Below, piece after piece: positions 12,551-24,759 of a stretch of DNA of 64,000 bases. The stretch covers positions 620,001-684,000 of the forward strand of contig JAQFVV010000011.1 of assembly GCA_028023455.1 (NCBI GenBank), written 5' to 3'. The position numbers were made by a program, and so were the translations under genes. The notes under the pieces are model-generated. The model was not told the origin of the DNA. It was given only the letters and a program-made list of their open reading frames with translations, and did no database searches. This DNA is from Epiperipatus broadwayi (lineage: Eukaryota > Animalia > Onychophora). Position 1 is the first letter of the stretch; every line of letters starts with the position of its first letter.

Positions 12551-14876
12551 AAGTCTTTTGTTCTCTCTCCTATTTATACCTTTTTTTGTAAGCTACCTTC
12601 TATTGTTTTGTGTATGATCTTAGATCTTGATAAGCCCCCCCCCCCACATTCCTTTGTTTCAAGGTAACATTTTCTAAAAATAACTTTCACTTTTTTATTC
12701 TAAATTTCTTTGTTTAAACTTTGAATTTTATTAATTAAAAAAGAAAGAGAAGGCCATCTTTAATTTGCCTTGAATGGGCTAATTAATTACAAACATACAT
12801 TCTTTTAGAAAATGTTGGCAGGCTTATCTCAAAATAACAATCATACGCCATATTTTAACAAGATTTTAAAAGAAAAAATATTTTTTTAATAAAATAAGCA
12901 TTTTATTTCAGCAGAATTTTGCATTAACTCATATATATATAGATGCTTGACGAATATATATGTTTGATTAAAAGGTTTTACAAGTAATTTTTTTTAAACA
13001 GCAATTTAATCTTAGAATGGAATTTATTTAAAACAAAATATTTAAATGCAAATACAAATTATATAAATGTAATTAATTTTAGCTTTAATGCAAAACCCTG
13101 CTGATATTGGACTATAAACTTAATTCAGGCTTACAATACTAATTAAGTTTATAGGAGGCTGTGATGCATGGATTGGACTTCAGATCCATTGCTTCAATAT
13201 AGTATCAACAACTTGGAGTGTTTAAGCAAAAGTGGCAACATTTGGGATGTTATTTTTATTCAATAGAGTTTTTAGTAATAAGAAAATATATGTTAAATGA
13301 AATAATTGAGCAAATTGGTTTGTAAACCATGCTATTTGCTAATAGAATGTAAATACTTAGATGCAGAAAAAATATGAATAATCAAGATATCGGAAGTAAA
13401 TGTCGATTAAATAACAATGAAGAAAGTGACACTTTAGTATTTGTGTTGGGTCTGATGAATAATAAGAGTGACCTTGAGCTAAGGCTATTGAATGGGAAGA
13501 AGTAATATTATAGAATCTTGGATATGGTAAAAGTAAAATATGATGACTACCAAGTTTTTTTTGGCTAAATAACTAAGATATTTTTGATTTAAACAAAGAA
13601 AACACATCACATTACTTAACATATCAATCTCCAATTATTGATTCCAAAAGTTAATTTAGAGTGATTAAATAAACAAAACCAAACATCAAGGTTAGTATCT
13701 ATTAAATATAGCAATAGAATGTTATTCATATAAGGATTGTTTCAGTTGTTTTAGGCTGATCAAAGTCCTTTTTTTTTTAATTTATGCTTCTAAAAATTAC
13801 AGTTTTATTAATAAAATCATTACCATCCCTTATTCACTTTCAACTTTATGGTTTTCATAGCATTTGCTTTATCTAGATTTATTTCACCATGGAATATAAA
13901 CCAATATGTTACTTATTTTAGATTTTTTTTTTTTTGCATGTCAACTTTTCAAAATGATGAGATTCTATAATGAATAATCTCATAGTTTTGACTTAACGTA
14001 AAATGCACTACGGGGCGCCATCTAGGCATTTGAACCTAGAAAAATTTATAAAGTAGGCAGATACGTAAGTCAAAAAAAAAATTATTTTTTTTTTTAAATT
14101 TTGATTCCGGTCGTTAGCCCATGTCACTAGCTCAGTGGAATAGCAGAGATTAAATAATATAAGATCTTATCTAATTAGATTTCAACATTAAAAAATAAAT
14201 AAAATAAGCCACTGCCAGTAATTAACATACAAACATTTATTTATGCACATATATATAAGATTTAAAATTATTTTAGTATTAGTTTACATTTTAACATTTA
14301 ACATTATTTTTAACTTTGATTTTTGACTTTAATTTACCTTTAACTACTATTATATTCTAATTTTACATTTTAATTAAGTTCGCACAGATAAATTTAGGAA
14401 AGCTTGTTTATAATGTTGAATATAGATCGGTTACATAGATTTCACGGTCAAAAACATTTCAAAGTAAACATAAACGATCAAAATACAAAATTATTGATTA
14501 CTGACAATTGCGGAGGGAAATTTCTATGTAACCCAATAGTATTCATCATAAGATACTTGCATTGTCACCAATAACTTAAAAGACATCCGAATAAATACAT
14601 TCTAGATACTCACCGTAAGGTATCATTATTTATCGAATGTCTATATATTTTGATCAAATATGAAAACGCAAAACATAGTTAACCGATAAACAATCCATGC
14701 AAGCGTCTATAAACAACTTAAGTTTAATGCATTTTTATTTAGAATCGAATATGAATACTACATAGATTTGCGTTGAAATTAAAATATTCTATCCCTATTT
14801 AACCTTAGGCTAAAATTCACCATCAAACTGTCATCAATCCATCTGATATATCGATGTATTCAATGTAATACGAAAT

Positions 14877-15251
14877 ATGGCAGCACCAAAAGAATTAAGA
14901 AAGACATTGACTCTCAATCAGATAGGAATATTACATCTATCTAACGAGAAGAACAATAAAAAAAAACTCCATAGAAAGGAACTGCGTTCTCCGTCTTATA
15001 ATTCCTTCCATAGGCAAACGGGTGAGTGCGGCATATATATAAACGATTCTGCCAGTAGCAAATCTCCGATTACATCTACTAACTACATCAATATATCCAA
15101 TCCATTGACCCAATCTCACAACGACATAAATAACCTAAGATTACCCTCCCCTAATATAACTTTACAAATCTATACAGCCATTCACGCCCGACTTAAGTTT
15201 AACATTTTTATAATTAATTTAACGGAAAACAACAATCATAATAAAACTTAA
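14877..15251 (+). pseudogene. Possible decayed APE-type endonuclease fragment (LINE- or Helentron-like)
   Basis: KELRKTLTLNQIGILHLSNEK resembles the EL...NIDILxLSET motif. SYNSFHRQTGECGIYIND resembles GYxxxRxDR..GGVxIYI. No RT nearby; weak. Confidence 0.35.
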
Positions 15252-16702
15252 AGAACAAAAAATAAATAAATGGAAATGATTTTACAAAATAAATAAGAAA
15301 AAAAATACATCAAATAACATTATTAATGAAGAATTTAGTTTGGTCAGATAGGATTCTATTGCATTATTTACTAAAAAGTTTTAAAATTTAGAGTTCTTAT
15401 TGTTTCAAGTGAATATATAAGTTCTTACAATTTTAAAACGTCCAACTTTATCCGTTGCTTGCCATGAACGTAAATTCCCACGCCGTCCTAAAATTGGTAT
15501 CCATTTAGCCATTGTTTTATTTATTCATTCGGAGGTTTTTTAATTTAGTTGGTCCTCAATGTAGGAAACGATAGTTCATTTCTCCCTTCTTTAACAGCTG
15601 AAAGAATTGACCGTGCGTCTGTCAATTCCTCCAACTCCGTACTACTACATATAGTCACATCGTAATAATCAATTTCCAGTCACTGATTAATAATTTTCCT
15701 TTTATATTAATGTGAAGGATTGAATTTACATTACGTCACCGATGCGATGGTTCTTTCGCTGTGGTCCGATTCCATAGGGATTTCTTCTTATTTGCTAACA
15801 GTTTCTATTGTTTTCTTATCTGACCGGTGTTTTTACATTTAAATGCCGAAGGCTGGTTTACATTTAACTAATTAACAATCATTTCCATTTCTGATTAATT
15901 AACCTGTTTTCCAAATCAAAAATATATTTAAAGATAAATTTAAAGATATAATTTCATCTCCAAATCTTTTTAAAATTTAGTTTTAAAATACTTTTTCTTT
16001 AATAAAGTTTTATTTTAATAATTTTTCATTATCTGTGCGATTTAATTAATATATAAGAGTTTAAGATGATATTTAATTTCAATTTTTAATTCTTAAAGAA
16101 AATTTTTAAATGCGAACTTTTTAATTTACTTTCATGTTTAATAAATTTAAAAAAAAAACAATGTAACGAACGTCTATGCTCGTTACAATAATGAATAATC
16201 TCATAGTTTTTGCAATATATATTTATAATAAAAATGATTTGTTTCATTGGCACATATTTAAAGCTTAAAGGAAACAAATAGAAATAAATACAGAGAAAAT
16301 TTAGGTATATAATTATTTAATATAAAATTAGGAATAATGAAATATTAAATAATATTTTTTGATATTTTTAAAGTACTATAAGTTAATAAAAATTAAATAT
16401 ATATAAAAAATTCTATTTAGTATAAATATTTTATTTCTGATTTTGACAAAAGTTTTAACTTTAATGTAACAAAGAAAAAAAATGTCTAAAATTAATGTGT
16501 TTTTTTTTAAATATACATCAATTATAAAATTTTAATTAAACTATTAAAACAGAATTTTTAAAATTAAAACTTATTTTTAGTTTTTATGAAAGTAAGTTAA
16601 AAAACAGAACAATGGTATTTACAATAACTAATGATTTCATTTTAACCGAGTCTAGTATGTAAAAAATCAGCTTCAAAAGAACAATTGCTATTTGTCTTAT
16701 GA

Positions 16703-16955
16703 TTAAACAAGGCCAAACTCTCCATACAGTAGTGCCACCCTGTGCCAACCAGAGTAATCAATGGATGCCAGAAGGCTTTGTGCATAAAATTCCTATCTAG
16801 TGCCTACTCATCCAATATCCCCAGACTAGTTTCTGGCTTGTGGCCTTTCTCAGTGAGGAGCTTTGGATCTGAGAACACTGCACCTTGTTTAGAAACAATT
16901 ATGTGCTAGTATAAGAGATGGTGATCAGGTGATGTCTTACGGTTAGTTAAATATG
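16703..16955 (+). repeat. Dispersed ~250-bp repeat, sister copy of 43760-44011 (opposite orientation)
   Basis: Aligns to the reverse complement of the 43.8-kb copy except for a 35-bp segment (16848-16882). Confidence 0.9.
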
Positions 16956-19900
16956 CACTTGCAAAAAAGTAAAACAAATAACTTCTCCATATTTCATAAC
17001 CCAAGATGTGTGAAGTAGACCATTTTTCTGCTTCATTAAGATTCTGAAATTATTAAATAATGATCTTACCTTTTATTTAATCTATTTGTTAATCAATATG
17101 TGTTATACTAGCAATGTATATAAGAACTGGCTTAATCTTGAGAGTCTAATGATATATTCTATTTGTACACAACTTTATATATGCATGAAAGCATAGATGA
17201 TTATTTACTGCCTAAATGAAAGAGTATTTAATATATAAAATACTTATTTATTTTAAAGGTAAACATCATTTGAATGAATTGTATAAAATAACCAGTTAAT
17301 GAAAGAAAAGTCTTAAAATGTGGAAAATGACTGATCAAGCACTATTTCAGACAAGTTTAACTATTTAAGAAAAATACCAGTCATATTGGAGTTTTGGAGA
17401 ATTAATACAAAAACAATTTTTAAGATAACCATGGTTAACATTATAGAAAAATCATTTTGTTTATGTTAGTAGAAAGATAAAATATCAAGGAATGTAATAT
17501 TTAAAATATTAAAAAAAGATATTAACATTTTTAAAAAAATATTTTTATATTTCTCCAAAATGTCCAAAAAAATGACTCCTGACATAATTTACCTGTGGCA
17601 ATCCATTACCTCTAAACATCAAAAATAGATTAATTGATACCTTTTATTTTTCTAAGAGATCTTATAAAAAAAACTTTTTCTTGCAGAGATCTGCTTATAA
17701 TGAATAAAGAAAAAAAGTGGATATGAATAATCTAGTCTAAACACTTTTCAGGTGATAAATGGAGCAGATTCAGTGCATGGAATAGTTAAACAGAAAATAA
17801 AAGATTCTAGATTTAGTGCAATGTAGAATAATATTTTTGATAATATTAATAATGTTTCTTTTATTATATGTCTTACCACTGAGATTGTGAAAAAAATTCC
17901 ATTAAGTACAATATATATAAAATGTAAAATCAAATGATACTACAAAATGGTTGCTTACAATTAATAAAACATTACTATAACCATGCAGCAAAATAATAAG
18001 TATAAATAAAATGCAGATATAATTTATTCAATAGAATTACTCATGACTCATTCTCTTCTACTCATAAAGTTAAAGCAGCTACACAAAAATATATTGGGTA
18101 GAGTTTGTACACCAGTTGATATTTCTGAAAAAGCTAAAAGTTTGAAGAAGTACAAAATATATTTTAATTTTAGTTGATAAGACAAAAAACATTCAGAACT
18201 TTTTCAGTATTAACATAAAACAGGCAAAAGATTTTCATACTTTTTTTAGGCAGACAATATGAATTTTTCTTTTTGAATATTGTATAATTAATGAAAGCAC
18301 AGCTTGAGTACCCAAACACTGGCCAGTATATGAAGACATACTTTTAATTATATGCACCTTTTACATTGCACATGCACAGATCAATTATTTGAATCTTCAT
18401 TTTATTAGTTTTGAGTAATCACATTAACACATTACAATAAAACTTGTAAATTTAATGATTTCTCAATAAAGTAATATTGTTCTATGCATCTGATCTGCAG
18501 CTTTAAATTTTATCTTACATTGAATTATATATTTTGTAACATTTTAATTGGTTAAGTATGCTGATTGAGTATATAAAAACATATATTATAATCCAAAATT
18601 TTAAATTTCAGAAATATAATTTGCACAAATAATTTAATATATGAGATTTAAAGTGAGACTTCAGTGGGGATAAGAAATACACATTTTTGATTTAGAATTA
18701 TTTTTTTAACAATGATGTAATTTTAATATAAATGATTTTAATAAATGCAAACACATTTACCTGTATAAATGTGTCAGATTTAAGTAAAAGTTATAATAGG
18801 AAGAAATTCAATCTTAGTATTGATATTACAGTGATCCTTTAAAAGATGTGTTATTTTCTGCAGTGAATTCTGATAAATAAATAAAGGTAAAATAATTTAT
18901 TTTCTATAAAATAATGATATATTTTTATAAATGATGATGATAATAATATTTTAGGAATAAATAAAATATCTTACTTTAAATTAATTAAAAAGATAATGTA
19001 TTTTAAATTTTAATTTAAAATTGTTTAAACTTTATCAGTTTAAAAAACATTTATAGATTTTATTATTATTAAAGTGTAGACAGTAAATTAATTATTCAGA
19101 AACTGCTAATTAATTTTCAATTAATTGACCAATGAAATGTAATTAATTGCTTTTTGACATCATGCTGTCTGAACATATAAAAAGAAAAAGAACAGAGAAT
19201 TAGGGGGAGAAAAAAGAAAAGGAGAAAAAAGAAATATAAATCATAAAAAATAAAGTGAAACATTGTTTCATATAAAAGTTTATAAAAATTATAAAATTTA
19301 ATATATTTTATTTTGTAAACAGTAAAATAAGTGAATTAATCATATTGAAAGGAATATAATATTTTTAATAGATGTTTAAAAATGATGGAGGGTGTTAAAC
19401 AAATTTCTTAATTTGTGATACAGTTATAGTCTGAAACTTCAATTTACAATTAAAAATGATATAGAAGAATAATTATAGTGATTGGAAAACCCATGAAAAA
19501 AAAGATTCTCAACTTCAATTAATTAAAAGGTATAAAGACTGTAGTGTAAGGACATATGTTTTGTTTATCTCTACTTTGTTGATTAATTTAAGTAATAACT
19601 TAATTATGGAGAGGAGCAAAAATAAATACAAAGTGATAACTTATATGAAATAATTAAATTATTTTACTGAACTTTAAAATAGTTTATTAATGGAAATGAA
19701 ATGTCAAATGAAAATAGTTATCTTTTAAATTAAATGTAGGGGATTTGAACTCAGACTTTCAAGCCCCTTCACTCAAATTAACTTTATAAAACTATAAAGA
19801 AGAATAGACATTAGTTATATATTTAATAATTGAGGAATATTAAGTAAATGAATATGATTATAAACGTTTATTATAAATTATATTAAATAAAAGCTTATTC

Positions 19901-21264
19901 CAAAAAAGAACACAGTTTGTTTAGCAAATAAAATTATTCTATAGTATAAAATACTAAAAGGATAAAATTTTAGCAAGAACAGCTATTAACTTTGATTATG
20001 ACAAATTTTGATAAAATAGTATATTGCCAGATAATAAAATTAAGTGTACTTAATTATGATTGTTTCAGAAAGAAATAATTATTAAGTAAAATATAATGAG
20101 GAGAAAAGATGGAAGTAGGAATGACACATGAATTGACACTATGTATAGCAAAGTTTAATAGTAGAGAGCATAATATTCAAATGTGTATAAAATTAGTTAT
20201 TCATATTTAGTATTAAAACATACTCAGATCTAAAAGCTTAAATAAAAATTCATCAAATTTTTTTAAAAGAATTTTATCAAATTATTATAAGTGATGTTTA
20301 ATGTTTTACACAGAATCCTAGATGTTGCTGGCAAGTGGAAAAATAAAATTAGTAACTTGTAAGGAGGTGTGAAGCATCATGCTGAAGACTATAATGATGC
20401 AGAATGAGGAAGAGGAGTAAGAAAAAGGAGAAAAATATTTTCTTTCTTTCTTTGGATATTGTTGTTAATATTAATGTGAGTGTAATATTAGATGTTAAGC
20501 TTAGTGATAAGGTAATAATATTAGATGTATTTAATTTAGATATTCTGATATTTTAATATATTTTATATGTTTAATGTATTGTTTTCTTAAAAAAAATAAT
20601 GATAATAAAAAATATGCTTAGAAAGTTAATATAGTATAAGTGAGTGTTGAGAAAATAAGTGTATGGGTAAAACAATACTTTACAGTTATATTATAAGATA
20701 AAATTATTTAAATATTAATTTAGTAATATTTGAACATAAAATATGTTTAGTGAGTAAATTGGTGTTATAATAAGGAATCAAGAGATGGGATTCTTAGAAA
20801 TAACAATATCTATGCTATCTGAATCTTAAATGAAAATATGAAGAGATGTAAGAGAATGAATGGTAAAAATAACAAAATAGTTATGATCTCAATTTTGTGT
20901 AATAAAAAGTATAATGTTGACCTTTGTTATAAGGCAAGATTTGTTTTGTAATATAAATGTTAATATTATAGAAGAATACTTGAGGGAAAAATGAGATTGT
21001 AATATTAATTGTGAGGTAGCTTATGGTCATTGATGTTAAAAATATACAGCATAATAAGATAAGTTATAATTCCAGGATAGGATGAAATACCTTCCTGAAG
21101 ACTGATTAAAATATTATCACGTGATCGTTAATATAAAAATGACTACTTGCAGAATTACAGCATTCCATTAAGAAAGGAGACCTCCATTCTATATTTAGAG
21201 ATAATAGTTTATTAAAAATCAGTTTCTAATCTATAAAGTTTTTTTGGATATGGTAAAGAAAGGT

Positions 21265-23240
21265 ATATCAAAATTACTATTTGACAAATTTATAAAATTA
21301 TAATCTTCTTCTTCATTCCAATTATTTACTTTCTTAAATAAATTATAATTTTATTAATTTGTCAAATAGTAATTTTGATATGGAACAGTCAAGAATTTTA
21401 AATAAAGGGGTTAAATATATTCCGTTTGTAAATAAAGATGTTCATCAGGAAACTATAGTATGTGTGGAGGTAGCAAATATAAAAAAATACTTAAAGATTG
21501 ACTTACAATCAAAAATTAATAGTGTTATAAATAAAAGTGTGAAGTATAATGAAAAAGAATGGAAGGAGAAATGTGTTATAAGACAGATTATTAATAAAAC
21601 ACGAACCAAAAAATTAATAAATACAAGTGAGGATAAAGGTTCAAGATTTGTGATTTTAAATGAATCAGACTATGAAAAGAAAATATATGAAGATATGGAT
21701 AAACAAGGGTATAAAAAATTAAGCAGTAATCCTAGTAAAAAAATTAAAACAAAATATAAAGTATTATTAAATTATATGAAAATGAAAGAGTTAATTAGTG
21801 AGAAGGAATATAAGAATTTATATCCATCATGATTTGAACATCCATGTATGTTTGGAAAAGTAAAGGCTCATAAAGAAAGTATGCCAGTTATAGTAATTTT
21901 GGATTTTAGTAGTTATACATTTAAGGATTTATGTGAAATAGTGTATAGGAAAATTGTAGAAGTAATAGGATTTGGAAAGTATTATATGAAGAATTCTGAA
22001 AAAATTGTTAATAAATTAAATAATATCAAGTTAAATAGAAATGGAATGATAACATCATTTGATATTGAAAAGATGTATCAAAGTGTGCCTAGAAAGAATA
22101 CTATTGATATTGTTATAGAAAAATTAAAAATAAGTAATGTTTTATCAGAAGATTGGATGAATGCTATTTATGAAGCATTATTAATAATAGATGAGGCATT
22201 ATATTTTAAATATAAAGAAGAGTTTTGGAATATAGGCAAAGGATGGGTAATGGGATGTTCAGTTAGTGGAATTATCATCAGTGTTAGTAAATAATATTGA
22301 GGAGAGTATAATTGATAGAGTTATAAGTAATAATGAGATTAAAGAAAATTGTAAATATGTGGATACTATTATTGTAGGAAATAGTAAAAGTATTAGTAAA
22401 GTTTTTAATGAGTTGAATCACTATAAGTATAATATTAGATTTACAATGGAGAAAGAAGAAAATGGATTAAAGTATTTAGACATTTTTTTAAGAAGATGGA
22501 TAATGAATGAGATAGTTGTTGAACATTATTTTAAGGATGAAAAGACCAGAAGGTTGATTAATCCAACTTCTTATCTGCCATAGTGTCAGAAAATGGGAGT
22601 TTTAAATGTTAACATTAGATAAAATAGAGGCATATAAACAGAAATTAAAGATGAAAAATAATTATATAAAAACAGGTTACAAAGAGATGGAAATCAGATG
22701 GATTTTTGATGGTAAGGTAAATAGATTAAATGAGGATAACAGGAATAGGGTATAGAGATAGTAAATGGATGTCTATTTCCATATTCAGAAATGGTGTATA
22801 AAAGATTAATGAAAGACAAATTGCCGAATAATGTAAAAATAGCTTGGAAGAATAATAAGTCTTTGAGTAAATGGTTAAATAATGCAAGAGTTAAATGATA
22901 TTGGTAGTATGGGGGGTGTATATAATTAGCTGTGGAAAATTCAATAAAATATATATAGGAAAGACAGGAAGAACAGCAAGTGAGAGAGGTAAAGAACATC
23001 ATCGAGCAATTAATAGAAAAGATATGAAGTCAGGGCCATATTTGCATTATTTGGATACAGGGCATAAAATGAAATGTGAAGAAAATATAAGTTATAAAGT
23101 ATGTGAAGGATTATCATAAGAGAATATATTATGAAACATTATATATTCAGGAAAACTTGGACAGTTGTGTAAATATAGTAAAAGGTCTAGCTAAATTAGG
23201 TGGGAAATGGGGTTTATTAAACAATTGGCAAGTGTAGGAA
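21265..23240 (+). mobile_element. Penelope-like retroelement relic (RT + GIY-YIG endonuclease)
   Basis: Fragmented ORFs with PLE motifs NLS..ILNKGVKYIP, DKGSRFVILNESDY, ITSFDIEKMYQSVP, GWVMGCSVSG, YVDT (for YVDD) and KYLDI. C-terminal GVYIISCGKFNKIYIGKTGRTASERGKEH (GIY-YIG). Confidence 0.9.
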
Positions 23241-24374
23241 ATGATTGTAAATATGTAAATACAAAAAATTTTTAAAGGATGTAAAATATGTATTTAATTA
23301 TTATTTTTGGAGAAATATTGTAAAATTTTTTTTAGATGTATAATATGTTAAATTTATTTATTTATTTATTTATAATGTATGCAGACATATTTAAAAGGAA
23401 ATGAAATATAATGTAAATAGCATCCAGTAGATGGAGTGAATATAGTTAATTGGTTATGTGAATTGTATAGTATAATATCTTAAGAAGGTCTCAATGGAGA
23501 TAAAAGCCGGTTTGATAAATATTTAAATATAGTTATTAATAGTTGTTTATTTTAATCTTGTTTGATTGATTATTTATTTAAACTTAGAATACTTATGAAT
23601 ATTACTTTATGAGCTACATATTTTCATGTTGTGTCTTAAAGATTAATGTCAAAAACGATATTCTTTGATTTCAAATTAACAACAGATGGTATGACATGTA
23701 ATATCATTTACATTATTTTTACCATATCTCCAATCTATTTGCTGAAAATACTTAGCCATATTTCATATGAATATTTAATAATTTCTGTAATCGATTACTT
23801 GTTGATTAATTCAAATCACTTTCTTAATTATTTTTAATGAAATAAAAATTGGCTTAAATGCAGTTTTCAATCTCAGGAAAGACTTCATTTTAGTATATAC
23901 AGCAAAAAAAGTTAATTATATCCATTGATTAAAAAGTTCGATGTACTGTCTTCTAAAGAATAACCCGAATTATACAAGATAAATAAATCTAAAACTAATA
24001 ATGAAATGTTTTTTTTAGTCATCATATTTTTGGATTTTCTATACTACTTATTGATATCTGAAATTGAAAGTTACTTTTTATGCAAAAAACAAGATATATT
24101 GGAAGTTTTAAGTTTATTTGGAAAAGATATTACACATAGAAAAAAAAGGTGAAACTGAGTTATTTCACATATTTAGTGTTTATTATAGTTTACAGTTTAT
24201 ACATGAACTAGTGATAAGCTTTAGTCAATAAATTGATTAATACTAATCAATAATAAATGATTGGTTTTGAAGTTGTGCATGCAGAGAACTTGACATTTGT
24301 AAATTAAAGTGTATATTAGTATTTTAGGTAGTATTTTATTATTTTAATCATCACTATTTACATATTGAGTAATA

Positions 24375-24747
24375 CAGAGACTTCAGACAACTCAAAGAAG
24401 TATGGAGAGATGCATGTTGTGAGTAACAAGAAGAGATCAAAAATGCAATATATGGGTAACAGAAAAAACAGGTGTTGCTGACCTCATTGAAAAAATTAAG
24501 ACTGAAATGGAGTTGGGCTGGACATATTGCTAGAAGAGATAATAATAAATGGACAACTGAAATCTTAAATTGGATTCCAAATGATTGTAAAAGACCCAGA
24601 AAGAAATTACATGTGAGATGGTTGGATGAAATAAGAAAGTGTGCAGGGGTGATGTGGGGAAAAGAAGCTAAAGATCAGAGGAGATGGATTGAACTTGGAG
24701 AGACCTTCATCCTGCAGTGGAATGAGAATGGCTGATGATGATGATGA
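24375..24747 (+). mobile_element. 5'-truncated RTE-type LINE, 3' end with (TGA)n tail
   Basis: QRSMERCML...LKWSWAGHIARRDNNKWTTEILNWIP..KRPRKK..RWLDEI...W..LGETFILQW*, followed by tgatgatgatgat. Confidence 0.9.
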
Positions 24748-24759
24748 TTTATATATTAT

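Noticed and set aside
22694-23002. 102-aa minus-strand ORF
   Set aside because: Antisense to the Penelope RT/GIY-YIG region, which explains the sequence.
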